From: a virus
Taxonomy: Duplodnaviria > Caudoviricetes
Length of the DNA: 62,260 nucleotides
IMG/VR virus record: IMGVR_UViG_3300048801_000006
Span: 1-62,260 of that record
Reading direction: 5' to 3' (one strand)
Shown: one piece after another, positions 33,957 to 43,130 of the stretch
Position numbering within the stretch: the first letter of the stretch is position 1
Layout: each line of letters begins with the position of its first letter
Made by a program: the position numbers and the translations under genes
The notes under the pieces: generated by a model
What the model saw: only the letters and a program-made list of their open reading frames with translations
The model's database searches: none
What the model was told of the DNA's origin: nothing

Positions 33957-35087
33957 ATGAAGCGGGTTCTGTCGCTCCTCTTGGTAGCCGCCCTCGCCAT
34001 CCCCGGCCTCGCCTACGCGCTGACGGCTGCGTCCGTGCCGCCGAAGTTCGGCATCCCGTGGGCCAACGGAGCGGGCGCGGCCTACGTCCGCTCGATCCCG
34101 TCCAGCTCGCAGATCGGTATTCAGAACTGCGCGGCCTCGCTGCCGGACGGCTTCCCGCCCCTGACGTTCGTCCCCGCGGCCGGCGGCGGCTGTCCTCCGT
34201 TCGGTCAGGACTTCAACGGCATCCTGCGCCAGCTCTCTCAGTGGAATCAGTGGCAGGCGGCAGGCGGTCCGGTCTTCTTCGACTCGGCGTTCTCGACGGC
34301 CATCGGCGGCTACCCGAACGGAGCGGTGCTGAACTCGACGATCACGCCCGGCACGACGTGGATGTCGACCATCGACAACAACACGAACAACCCGGACGGA
34401 GCCACGCCGACCGGATGGATTCAGGAGCCCGGTCAAATCCCCATCGGGACCCCGGTTCAGTCGCTCTCTACGACCATCCCGACCGGCTACATCTCCGCCA
34501 ACGGCCTGACCATCGGTGACGGCTCGTCGAACGCGACGAACCGCGCGGCCGCTGACACGCAGTTCCTGTTCACCTTCGTCTGGAACAACTGCCCGGTCGC
34601 TCAGTGCCCGATCTACACCAGCCTCGGCTCGGGCTCGACCAAGACGACCGCCGCGGCTGACTTCTCCGCGCACAAGCAGCTCGCCGTCTGGAACATGAAC
34701 GGTGCCGGCCTGATGGGCGCGGACAACCAGAACGGCACGACCTCGACGAACTTGAGCTCAGTCCCGGTCGTCATCGGCAGCCGTACCGCTCCGGGCTCGA
34801 TCCTCGGTGAGAACCTGCACACGCTGGTCTCGGCTGAAAACGGTCAGCACAACCACGCCATCACGGAGCCGAACGGTGGCCTCGGTCATAACCACAGTTA
34901 CAACTTGGCGATCAACTCCGGCGGCACCGCCGGCGGCGGCGGCCTCTCTCCGTTCTACAACTATTCGGGAACGACGACCGGCAACACCGTCACCGGCATC
35001 ACGATCAACAATAGCCCGGTCTCGGCCACGACTCCGCACAACACCGTCGCGCGCAGCCTCATCGTTTACTGGAACCTGAAACTATGA
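33957..35087 (+). CDS. tail fibre protein with an N-terminal signal peptide
   Basis: Baseplate-attachment motif ASLPDGFPPLT...GG.PP.GQDFNGIL...AIGGYP.GA; collar-like PTGYISANG.TIG; HxH knob motifs; preceded by MKRVLSLLLVAALAIPGLAYA. Confidence 0.85.
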   Translation: MKRVLSLLLVAALAIPGLAYALTAASVPPKFGIPWANGAGAAYVRSIPSSSQIGIQNCAASLPDGFPPLTFVPAAGGGCPPFGQDFNGILRQLSQWNQWQAAGGPVFFDSAFSTAIGGYPNGAVLNSTITPGTTWMSTIDNNTNNPDGATPTGWIQEPGQIPIGTPVQSLSTTIPTGYISANGLTIGDGSSNATNRAAADTQFLFTFVWNNCPVAQCPIYTSLGSGSTKTTAAADFSAHKQLAVWNMNGAGLMGADNQNGTTSTNLSSVPVVIGSRTAPGSILGENLHTLVSAENGQHNHAITEPNGGLGHNHSYNLAINSGGTAGGGGLSPFYNYSGTTTGNTVTGITINNSPVSATTPHNTVARSLIVYWNLKL

Positions 35088-35749
35088 CCCGCCGCCTCCT
35101 CGCAGCTCTCCTCCTCCTGATCGCCGGGCTCAGCCCGGTCTTCGCTCAGTCGCAACCCGGCTGGACCTACGGCTACGTGCCGACGACCGCGCAGTGGAAC
35201 ACGATCTTCGCGAGCAAGCAGGACTATGCCGGCGCGCCGCCTTGCCTGAGCACCGGCTGTACGATGACGGGTGAGCTGGCGACGGCGGCATCGACGACCG
35301 CGACCTCCGGCTTGAACGTCGGCATCGGCGTCAACCCAACCTCTCCTCAGACGGGTGACGTGTGGCTGACGGCGACCGGAGGATGGTTCCGGATCGGCAG
35401 CGTGACCTACTCCGCCGCGCTCACCGCGCAGCCGGTCTTCTATCCGGCTGCACCGACCGTCGCGTCCGGCTTCTGCACCAGCCCGACCATCAGCGCCCCC
35501 AACGGGACGGCGGCGTTCACCTTGACCATCGGGACGGGCTGCGCGGGTGGCGTCGGCGTCCTGACCATGCCGACCACGGCGACCGGCTGGGTCTGTCACT
35601 TCAATGACCTGACGACCCCGGCGAACGTCCCGGTCCAGACCTCGAGCGGCGTCACGCAGGTCGGCATCACGAACTACGCGCGCAACACCGGCGCGACTCA
35701 GAACTTCACCAACAGCGACGTGATCAACGCGCAGTGCACGGCGTTCTGA
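35084..35749 (+). CDS. secondary fibre / receptor-binding-like protein with a signal peptide
   Basis: MTRRLLAALLLLIAGLSPVFA|Q; W..G.VPT..QWN..FASKQD, G.TMTG.L, P.SP..GD.W fibre motifs; 6 Cys. Confidence 0.7.
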   Translation: MTRRLLAALLLLIAGLSPVFAQSQPGWTYGYVPTTAQWNTIFASKQDYAGAPPCLSTGCTMTGELATAASTTATSGLNVGIGVNPTSPQTGDVWLTATGGWFRIGSVTYSAALTAQPVFYPAAPTVASGFCTSPTISAPNGTAAFTLTIGTGCAGGVGVLTMPTTATGWVCHFNDLTTPANVPVQTSSGVTQVGITNYARNTGATQNFTNSDVINAQCTAF

Positions 35750-35750
35750 C

Positions 35751-36581
35751 ATGCAGCACCCCTTCACGATCCTCAAGCCGGAATACACTTCGCTGCTGGC
35801 GGCGATGGTGGTTCGGCCGGACCGCGAGCATCTGGTTGATCAGGTCGCCACGCGGCTCCTGACGCACAAGACGCGCTATCAGGACGTGACGGACCGCAAC
35901 GGCGTCCCGGTCATCTTCATCGCGACCTCTTTCGAGCGCGAGGCTTCCAGCGACTTCACGAAGAACCCGGCGCAGGGCTGGCCGCTCGCGGGTCACTCCC
36001 GCTGGGTCCCGCACAACGGACCGTTCCGGACGTGGCTCGACGCGGCGGTCACCGCCTATCACCTGAACGGCCTCGACCGCGTCGGCGCGGGCAACTGGAC
36101 GTGGGAGCTGATCTGCTTCTACGGCGAGCTGTTCAACGGCATGGGCTATCGAGACTTTCACCGGATGCACTCCCCGTACCTGTGGGGCGGGACGAACATC
36201 CAGACCGTCGGCAAATACACGTCGGACGGAGAGTTCGACGCCGGCCACATGGACGGGCAGCTCGGGATCATCCCGGTCGCGCGCCGGATGGCCCAGCTCG
36301 ATCCGTCGCTGGCGCTGCCGGCGGCTGTTTACGTTCCGGCTCCTCCGGTAGCCTCCGGCCTGTCCGTGGCTGCCGAGCACCCGGAAGCGGACGCGAAATG
36401 GGTGCAAGCGACCCTCGGCTCCCTCGGCTACTCCGTCCACGTTGACGGCTCCTACGGGCGGGAGACGATGCGCGCGGTGGCGGACTTCCAGCGGGACTAC
36501 GCACTCGAAGTCGACGGCCTCGCCGGACCGAAGACGATCTCCGGTCTCAAGGAAGCTCTCGCGAACGTGGTGATAGCATGA
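35751..36581 (+). CDS. endolysin (lysozyme-like domain + peptidoglycan-binding domain)
   Basis: ERE.S, FNGMGY, SPYLWGGT, GKY.SDG; C-terminal VDG.YG.ET.RAV..FQ....L.VDG.AGPKT (PG_binding_1 pattern). Confidence 0.88.
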   Translation: MQHPFTILKPEYTSLLAAMVVRPDREHLVDQVATRLLTHKTRYQDVTDRNGVPVIFIATSFEREASSDFTKNPAQGWPLAGHSRWVPHNGPFRTWLDAAVTAYHLNGLDRVGAGNWTWELICFYGELFNGMGYRDFHRMHSPYLWGGTNIQTVGKYTSDGEFDAGHMDGQLGIIPVARRMAQLDPSLALPAAVYVPAPPVASGLSVAAEHPEADAKWVQATLGSLGYSVHVDGSYGRETMRAVADFQRDYALEVDGLAGPKTISGLKEALANVVIA

Positions 36582-36787
36582 TCACGAAGGCCAAGGTCCT
36601 GCAGGCGGTCGAGGACGCGTTCATCGAGCGGATCAAGACCGCCTATGACCTGATGGCGCAGCACGAGATCGTCGAGGATCACGACGAGGTCCAGAAGCAG
36701 TTCGAGCGGTCCATCGGCATCGCGGAGGACGCGCTCTCACGAGCCACCGTAGTTATCAACAGGATTTTCATCGAGCCGGGGGAATGA
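36578..36787 (+). CDS. hypothetical protein
   Basis: ATGA-type overlap with the endolysin stop. Confidence 0.55.
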   Translation: MITKAKVLQAVEDAFIERIKTAYDLMAQHEIVEDHDEVQKQFERSIGIAEDALSRATVVINRIFIEPGE

Positions 36788-37416
36788 TTATGGAACAAGC
36801 TGACAAGGTCCTCATCCGGATCGCGCTCGCTGCGGCGCTGATCATGCTCCTCCTGATGACCGTCCCGTCCTTCGCGCAGTTCGCGGAAGCGCAGCCCGGA
36901 GGTCCGGTCGCTATCGGTCAGCAGATGGCGCAGGTCCATCCCGGTACCGGTGGCGTTGCCATCGTTCAGGCTCCGGCGGTCGCGGCTCCGAGCGGCGGCG
37001 TCATCCAGCTCTCGGTCTTCGGCTGGCTCCAGCCCTACGTGGACTCACTGGTTCAGGCTCTCCTCGCGGCCGGGCTCGCTTGGATCGGCAAGTCGAAGTA
37101 CACGCAGTGGATGGATCAGTCGGCGCGGGATGCGCTCGGGACCTTCACGAAGAACGCCGCCTCCTCCCTGATCGCGGACGGCTTCGTCCACATGCAGGGC
37201 AAGACGGTCTCCGTTCCGAGCGCGGCTATCGCCACGGAGGTCTCTACCGCTATGGACCGCATCCCGGACGCCATGAAGCGGTTCGGCCTGACCCCGGGCG
37301 CGCTGACGCAGAAGATCATCGACGCGATCCCGCAGACGACCGCCGGCGCGGCGCTGATCGTCAATGCCCACGCGGCTGAACCCGCCACGCAGCTCCCGCC
37401 GACTGTCCCGGCATAA
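36784..37416 (+). CDS. membrane protein, possible holin
   Basis: N-terminal hydrophobic segment, second TM near LVQALLAAGLAWI; lies in the lysis region. Confidence 0.55.
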   Translation: MIMEQADKVLIRIALAAALIMLLLMTVPSFAQFAEAQPGGPVAIGQQMAQVHPGTGGVAIVQAPAVAAPSGGVIQLSVFGWLQPYVDSLVQALLAAGLAWIGKSKYTQWMDQSARDALGTFTKNAASSLIADGFVHMQGKTVSVPSAAIATEVSTAMDRIPDAMKRFGLTPGALTQKIIDAIPQTTAGAALIVNAHAAEPATQLPPTVPA

Positions 37417-37531
37417 GGCGGTTCATCGGCGGCGTCAGCATCGGTCTTTGCATCGCCTATCTGGTCGCCACCGTCGCGCTCAGTCACCCAGCGGTGCTTC
37501 ACAGCTTCAAGGTTTCTATGGGAGAGGTCAG

Positions 37532-38011
37532 ATGACGATCAGGCTCCGCTTCGTTCAAGGCTCCGGGTTCAGCTCCGGGCTGATCGAGTACCGGGAGGGC
37601 GTCTGCATGCCCTTCACTCCGTCTCACGTTGAATGCGTGGACCCCGTCAACGGCCACCAGATCGGCCAGCACATGGGCGGGGGAATGCAAAGCCGCGAGC
37701 CCGGCTATGACGTTCCGTTCAACGCCGAGCTTTTCCTCGACCTTCCGGCGACCGACCAGCAGACCGCTGATTTCTACGCGGGCGCGCGGGCGGCTATCGG
37801 GGAACCCTATGATTGGAAGTCGATCCTCGGCTTCGCGCTCCCGGGGCATTTTCACGAAAAATACAACGCGATCTGCTCCGCGAAGATGACGCAGCTCCTC
37901 CGCAAGGTGGACTGGTTCCCGAGCAAGCTCCCGCTGTGCGTCCCGTTCCATTGCATCGACCCGCGTGACCTCCTCCTGATCCTGTCCGCGATTATCGAGG
38001 TCCGGCACTGA
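37532..38011 (+). CDS. permuted papain-like (NlpC/P60, YiiX-like) enzyme
   Basis: SHVE (His) before GEPYDW and ICS (Cys), the permuted catalytic order. Confidence 0.72.
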   Translation: MTIRLRFVQGSGFSSGLIEYREGVCMPFTPSHVECVDPVNGHQIGQHMGGGMQSREPGYDVPFNAELFLDLPATDQQTADFYAGARAAIGEPYDWKSILGFALPGHFHEKYNAICSAKMTQLLRKVDWFPSKLPLCVPFHCIDPRDLLLILSAIIEVRH

Positions 38012-38262
38012 TGAAGTCGCTCCGCATCCGCTGCATGGCGTATGACGCCAAGGGCGAGCGGGAGCCCATGACCTCGATCCAAGTCTGCTTCGAGGACGAC
38101 GAGACGGACCATGAGCGGGCCAAGCGAAAGGTTCTGGTTCACGTCTTCCGGGAGCTGGACCGCTACGGGCTCAGTGAGGCGCTCAACAGCATCGGCATCC
38201 TCGATCAGCATGGCCGGCGCGCGAAAGAGGAAGCGGACCGGGTCTTGAAGGACTGGCAATGA
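38011..38262 (+). CDS. hypothetical protein
   Basis: Coupled to the previous stop. Confidence 0.55.
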   Translation: MKSLRIRCMAYDAKGEREPMTSIQVCFEDDETDHERAKRKVLVHVFRELDRYGLSEALNSIGILDQHGRRAKEEADRVLKDWQ

Positions 38263-38320
38263 CCAAGGTTCAGAAAAGGCGGGCGGCTTCATCGAAGGGA
38301 TGGCGGACCCGCAAGAAAAT

Positions 38321-38345
38321 GGCGGAAGCCCGAAAGGCCTCCGCC
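38321..38345. terminator. GC hairpin between convergent genes, probable terminator
   Basis: GGCGGAAGCC-cgaaa-GGCCTCCGCC. Confidence 0.5.
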
Positions 38346-38363
38346 GCTTCCCGTGAAATAAAA

Positions 38364-38615
38364 TCAATGCTCGACGACGTAGGTCTCACTCAACTCACAC
38401 GAGTCACACTCGAAAGTCTGAAGATCGTAGCCGGTTGAAGCAGGTTCAATACAAGACAGCTTCATCAGGCTTCCGCAGGTCAGGCAGGTCATGCGGGGCA
38501 TGTCCTGCGCTTGAAAGATCAGGTTCGGAAACAAGTTTAACGCGCTCATCGGTTCAACCTCCCAGTTGTGATGCGAATCCGCGTTAGGCCTCTTTTCCCT
38601 GTGCCGTATGGTCAA
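38364..38615 (-). CDS. small zinc-ribbon protein (moron-like; start uncertain)
   Basis: CLTCG..M...IEP......TFEC.SC; opposite strand, AT-richer surroundings. Confidence 0.6.
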   Translation of the reverse strand: MTIRHREKRPNADSHHNWEVEPMSALNLFPNLIFQAQDMPRMTCLTCGSLMKLSCIEPASTGYDLQTFECDSCELSETYVVEH

Positions 38616-38752
38616 TAGAGCACAGTGCTGTCGATTATTTGAGATGAGTGGTGCAAAAACGGCACACGGGTCGATAATTTTCTACGGGTTCCCCGACTCT
38701 CCCCGCGCGGGCGTAGGCTGGCCGCCTTTCTTCAAACCAAAGGGGATCAATC

Positions 38753-39448
38753 ATGAAGCGCGTTATTCTTGCCGCCGTAGCGGCTCTCATTGCTCTACCG
38801 GCTCTCGCCGCAGACCTGACCACCAAGGCGCAGGGCAACTTCCTGTCAGCCGGTTATCCGACCACGAAGTGCGGCTTCTACTATGGCGCGGGGACCGGCG
38901 GCTCGGCCGGCGCGGTCAACGGTGCCGCCGTCGGCACGCAGATCGTTCAGGGCCAGCTCGACGCCATCCTCGGCTACGCCTGCCCGTTCGCAACCAACGC
39001 GTTCTGGTTCGCGGAGGGATCGATCGGATTCAACAACATCAACGGCAGCGTCAACGGTCTCGCGCTCTCCGGTCCGCTGGTGATGATCCAGCGCGCGGGC
39101 GCGGGCTCTCCGATCAATCAGCTCTTCAACCCGTTCGGGTCGAACCTGTCCCTGCCGGCGCTCCCGCTCCTCCCGACCGGCGTCACTCCGGGCGTGGCGA
39201 CCGGCTACCTGTTCGCCGGCATGGTCGAGCAGGACATCGCCGCTCAGGTCCTCAACGGTCACACCCACCAGTGGGTCGTGGCTCCGATGATCGGCTTCGG
39301 CATGCTGACGCGGCTGAACGGAAACGCCGCGGTTGTCGATACGTGGGCGGGCTGGCAGATGAACTCTCAGTCCTTCTGCCCCGGTGGCGGCAACTCCTGC
39401 GCCAAGCTCGGCAACGCGGCTCGAGTTGGAGTGTCGTTCAAGTACTGA
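38753..39448 (+). CDS. outer-membrane beta-barrel protein, Omp25/RopB-like
   Basis: Signal peptide ending ALA|ADL..KA, GFY.G..GG, terminal RVGVSFKY aromatic beta-signal. Confidence 0.75.
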   Translation: MKRVILAAVAALIALPALAADLTTKAQGNFLSAGYPTTKCGFYYGAGTGGSAGAVNGAAVGTQIVQGQLDAILGYACPFATNAFWFAEGSIGFNNINGSVNGLALSGPLVMIQRAGAGSPINQLFNPFGSNLSLPALPLLPTGVTPGVATGYLFAGMVEQDIAAQVLNGHTHQWVVAPMIGFGMLTRLNGNAAVVDTWAGWQMNSQSFCPGGGNSCAKLGNAARVGVSFKY

Positions 39449-39548
39449 TGTTGGCGGTTTTTGCATCACCGGCCCGGTTCGATTAAATGTCGAGCCGGGC
39501 CTTTCTACGAATCGTGGTAAGGGTTCCATCAGGAAAGGTTGCGAAGTG

Positions 39549-39854
39549 ATGGCAGATGGACCCGACTTCTGGATTCAGATCGGTATCAAAATGCCGGACC
39601 TCGTGGCGGGGTTCGCCGGTGGCGTCGTCAACGCGTTCGTGTTCAAGCGAGCGGACCCGTTCTCGATCATCGGTTCCATGATCGTCGGCGCGCTGACGGC
39701 CAACTATTTGTCGGAATCTGTCGGGCACTATATCGGAACGACTGCCGGAGCATCGGCGTTCATCGTGGGGCTGGCTGGGATGGCCATCTGCCAAGGCGTC
39801 GTCGAAGCGGCGAAGTCGTGGAGGCCATTCCAAGACAGGACGAATCAGCCATGA
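39549..39854 (+). CDS. holin-like membrane protein
   Basis: Three small Gly-rich TM segments, charged C-terminus. Confidence 0.65.
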   Translation: MADGPDFWIQIGIKMPDLVAGFAGGVVNAFVFKRADPFSIIGSMIVGALTANYLSESVGHYIGTTAGASAFIVGLAGMAICQGVVEAAKSWRPFQDRTNQP

Positions 39855-40258
39855 CCAGCATCGAACGGTTATTCGACTGGATCAACCTTGACATGTTCCA
39901 CACATTCCTCGCGGTGCTGGGCGTCGTTGAGACGATCTACGTGATGCAGCTCTCGAACTTCTATGTCGCGAAGGAGGAGCACCATCCTCCGGAGTGGGTG
40001 ATGGAGCTGCAACGGTTCGGGCTCGCCATGCTGGCCTTGGCGTTCTGCTGGTCCCTGATCTACGCGGAGAACCGCCACTGGACGCCGTGGCCTCCGGACG
40101 TGATGATCATCGCGGTCGTCGATGGCATCCTCGCCGTCCGCGTCGGGGTGATCTGCCGGAACATCCGGTCGGTCGGCCTGCGCTGGTGGTCCTTCAACCT
40201 GATGATCGAGCACGAGCTGCTCAAGTCCGCACACCAGAAGAAGATGCACAGCAAATGA
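39851..40258 (+). CDS. 3-TM membrane protein
   Basis: YVMQL...LALAFCWSL.YA...W.PD; coupled to the holin-like gene. Confidence 0.65.
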   Translation: MTSIERLFDWINLDMFHTFLAVLGVVETIYVMQLSNFYVAKEEHHPPEWVMELQRFGLAMLALAFCWSLIYAENRHWTPWPPDVMIIAVVDGILAVRVGVICRNIRSVGLRWWSFNLMIEHELLKSAHQKKMHSK

Positions 40259-40563
40259 TCGACGTCCTCCACGCCGCGATCTCGATCTCCGGGGCGATCC
40301 TCGCCGCCTACGTCATGCAGCTGACGACGCACCTGAACGAGCGCGAGTATGATCCGGTCTACCTGCGCTGGATACGCCGGCTCGCCATGACGCTCCTCGC
40401 GCTCTCGATGCTCTGGTCGCTCTACGCGCAGGAGACCACGGAAGTGTGGCTGCCCGACTTCTGCATGGACAGCATGATCGTCATCATCCTGATCCTCCAA
40501 GCGGTCGCCATCCATCGGCGGCTCCTTCGGGATGGCGACCGGTGGCCGTTCTGCCGGACCTGA
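40255..40563 (+). CDS. 3-TM membrane protein, paralog of the previous gene
   Basis: YVMQL...LALSMLWSLYA...WLPD. Confidence 0.65.
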   Translation: MIDVLHAAISISGAILAAYVMQLTTHLNEREYDPVYLRWIRRLAMTLLALSMLWSLYAQETTEVWLPDFCMDSMIVIILILQAVAIHRRLLRDGDRWPFCRT

Positions 40564-40639
40564 TTCGCTGAGAAGGTCAATCCTGTTTCAGCTCTCCCCG
40601 CTGAGGTAGAACGTCCCTCCGAAAAACAGGGGGGACCCC

Positions 40640-41296
40640 ATGAAACCGATCATCTTGGCGGCAGCCGCGGTGCTGCTCCTGACCTCCGGCTCCGCCGAGG
40701 CTCGCCGGCTCCAGCCGGGCGGCCTCCACCCGGATTGCAACGTCCTGTGGCCGTGCGTGGCTCCGGAACGCCCGGTTCGAGCCCGGAAGGCGGTTTCCCA
40801 CCCTTCGGGGCACGTCCGGAAGGCCCCGCGCCGGGCTAGCGCGCCTCGTCGGCAGGTTTCCCGGTCTCCGGAGCTATCTCCGCCCGCGCGCGCGCCGGAG
40901 AGGCTCCTACCGCCCTCCGGCAACGCCCCAGCCATCCCCGGACCCGGCAGGGCGGTCGCCGCGCTCGTGGGGATCGTCCCGGGGCTGGCGTCTAAGGTGG
41001 CGGAGATCGTCACGACGTGCGGCTCGATGATCCTTTCCAGCCATCGGCACACCTACGTGGCGGGGACGCACCGGATCAGCCTCCACGCCTCCGGGCGGGC
41101 GGTGGACGTCGCCGGAAACCCGTCCTGCATCTATTCGATGCTGCACGGCTGGCCGGGAGGGTATTCGGTGGACTACGGAGCCGTTCGGCACGTTCACATC
41201 AGCTTGGGCGGTCGGGAGGACGGCACCCGGTTCGTGCACGGCGGTCGCCATCATGGCCGTGGACACCGCCATCGGCATTCTCGACATCATCGATGA
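40640..41296 (+). CDS. secreted peptidase M15-like zinc D,D-peptidase
   Basis: Signal peptide ending AEA; SLHASGRAVD and HVHIS zinc motifs; His/Arg-rich tail. Confidence 0.78.
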   Translation: MKPIILAAAAVLLLTSGSAEARRLQPGGLHPDCNVLWPCVAPERPVRARKAVSHPSGHVRKAPRRASAPRRQVSRSPELSPPARAPERLLPPSGNAPAIPGPGRAVAALVGIVPGLASKVAEIVTTCGSMILSSHRHTYVAGTHRISLHASGRAVDVAGNPSCIYSMLHGWPGGYSVDYGAVRHVHISLGGREDGTRFVHGGRHHGRGHRHRHSRHHR

Positions 41297-41371
41297 ATCA
41301 GGTATGAAGGATTCAGGCGGTTGACGGTCTTAGCCCCGGTGGCTGCCTCGTTCCTCCCAGAACGCGACGGG

Positions 41372-41415
41372 TCGAGCCGCCCCGCTAAACGCCCCCAAGC
41401 AAGAGGGCGGCTCGA
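41372..41415. terminator. inverted repeat at the convergence of late and early arms
   Basis: TCGAGCCGCCC ...22 nt... GGGCGGCTCGA (11-bp arms). Confidence 0.55.
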
Positions 41416-41421
41416 TCTCGC

Positions 41422-42159
41422 TTAACGCCCGCCTCCGAATGGAAACTGTCGCACCAGCAGGTCCTCGGGGATCGGCGTGCGGCCCGACATCTGCTTCATG
41501 AAGAACGGCACCGCTTCTTCCTCGCACTCGTGCTTGATCGCGTAGAACCATTGCGGCTTGGCCCAGCGGTGGCCTTGCCCAGTCTCGCCTCCGGCGATCA
41601 GCCAGTCGGGCATCACCTTGTGGCCGGTGATCGTCAGCGGACCTATCGCCGGCTCATAGCTGATGAAGCGGACGCGCGCGGGGACCTTCTGCAGCATCGG
41701 CCAGCGGCGATCAAAGGCGGCCTGATCCTCGCACGTCGTCCCGATCCAGACGTTCGGCGGGATCACGGCCGGAGCCATCAGCCCGATGTTCTCCGGACGC
41801 TTCGTCAGCAGCAGCCAGTCGATCTGCGGCGTGGCGTTGATCATGGTCCAGAGGTCGCCGCGCGCACCGTCCGGAGCCTTGTTGTCGAACACGTCCGCGA
41901 GCGAAGCGCAGAACACGCGCTGCCGATGACCGTGCTGAGCTTGGAACGCGGAGAAGTGCCGGTTCCAGATGATCGGCTCGCGCCAGTTCGCCGCGCTGGT
42001 TCGCCTGCGCTCGCCATGCGGCCCCCACTCGACGCGGTGCAGCCGCTTGTCCATCAGCGTTTCCGCATAACAATGATCGCATCCGGCGGAGACCTTCTGG
42101 CATCCGATCCACGGATTGAACGTCGAGTCCGTCCACGCGATTTCTGTTTTCTCGCCCAC
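41422..42159 (-). CDS. DUF5131 (gp37/gp68) family radical-SAM-like protein
   Basis: I.WTD.TFNPW.GC.KVS.GC.HCYAE, RVFCASLADVF, LLTKRPEN, RFIS.EP, GGETG, FFMKQ. Confidence 0.92.
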   Translation of the reverse strand: MGEKTEIAWTDSTFNPWIGCQKVSAGCDHCYAETLMDKRLHRVEWGPHGERRRTSAANWREPIIWNRHFSAFQAQHGHRQRVFCASLADVFDNKAPDGARGDLWTMINATPQIDWLLLTKRPENIGLMAPAVIPPNVWIGTTCEDQAAFDRRWPMLQKVPARVRFISYEPAIGPLTITGHKVMPDWLIAGGETGQGHRWAKPQWFYAIKHECEEEAVPFFMKQMSGRTPIPEDLLVRQFPFGGGR

Positions 42160-42317
42160 TAGCCCGGTCCTTCCTTTGCTCGGCATCCCTCGATCAGCAT
42201 CCCGCCGATCTCGGTGCCAGTTGTCTTGGTGTCGCATCGCGGCGCGAAGATGCACTGAAAAAGCAGCGTCCACGTCAGGGCCACGATCAGGATCGCGATG
42301 ATCAGGGGCTTGTTCAT
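42159..42317 (-). CDS. small membrane protein
   Basis: MNKPLIIAILIVALTWTLL; coupled overlaps. Confidence 0.5.
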   Translation of the reverse strand: MNKPLIIAILIVALTWTLLFQCIFAPRCDTKTTGTEIGGMLIEGCRAKEGPG

Positions 42318-42493
42318 CACACCCCGCACTTCGGGCATCCGTGAACCCAATCGTTGCCGACCTTGCGGGTCCGCCATCCGTCCCGCTTCGCCGCCGCCCA
42401 TACGTCCTTGAACTCCGCGTCCTCGTCTCCGGAGAAGACCTCGTCGCACGAGTCGCACTCGATCAGCACCTTGCTCCCTTGTCGATCGATCAT
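42317..42493 (-). CDS. small zinc-binding protein (58 aa)
   Basis: IECDSC...AKRDGW...HGCPKC; coupled overlaps; below the ORF-track cutoff. Confidence 0.6.
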   Translation of the reverse strand: MIDRQGSKVLIECDSCDEVFSGDEDAEFKDVWAAAKRDGWRTRKVGNDWVHGCPKCGV

Positions 42494-42620
42494 CACTTGC
42501 CTCCCTGTTCTGCGGTTTCCAGTAACAACTTCGCGGCGCGGAGCATGGCGATTGCCTGCCCGAACCGTCTCTCCTTCACCGCCACGTCAACGGCGTCGAG
42601 TAGCGACCTGATCTGCGCTC

Positions 42621-43130
42621 TCACTTCTTCCTCCTGCTGAACGGTCTCGATGGGATTTTCTGTTTCGCCAGATTCGAGGATTTTTTTGCAAATCCTTTGC
42701 TGGCGAACGGCTTCTTCGGTTTCGGTGGGCGCTCTCTCCGGCGCTGGCGCTTGATCAGGGCTATGTCGGAGAACTGCCCGTGCTCTCCCCTGATCCGCGT
42801 CTTGACGTCATGGGAGCCCTCGAACTGCGCGCCGTGAGGGCGGTAGAGGAGATACTCCGGATCGTTCGCGTCCGGGACGTAGCGATCAAACTTACCCTGC
42901 CTATTCCATGTCTGCGGACGGAGCGCGAGCGGCGGATCATGGTCGAGGCGGAGGTCCTTGATCTCACAGGTCCGGAGCTTGGCGAGGCGTCCCTGCAAGA
43001 TAACCAGCAGGGACGTGTGCTTGCGCTTCCACTCCTCGATCACGGCGTCCGGCCATAGCTCCCCGAGCTGGCGGAGCAGGACGCGGCATTTGACCTCCAG
43101 CGGGATCGACGGTCGATACAGCCGCGCCAT
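42621..43130 (-). CDS. HNH-like protein with basic tail
   Basis: LRLDHDPPLALR...DANDP..L......H..KT; Lys/Arg-rich C-terminus. Confidence 0.55.
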   Translation of the reverse strand: MARLYRPSIPLEVKCRVLLRQLGELWPDAVIEEWKRKHTSLLVILQGRLAKLRTCEIKDLRLDHDPPLALRPQTWNRQGKFDRYVPDANDPEYLLYRPHGAQFEGSHDVKTRIRGEHGQFSDIALIKRQRRRERPPKPKKPFASKGFAKKSSNLAKQKIPSRPFSRRKK

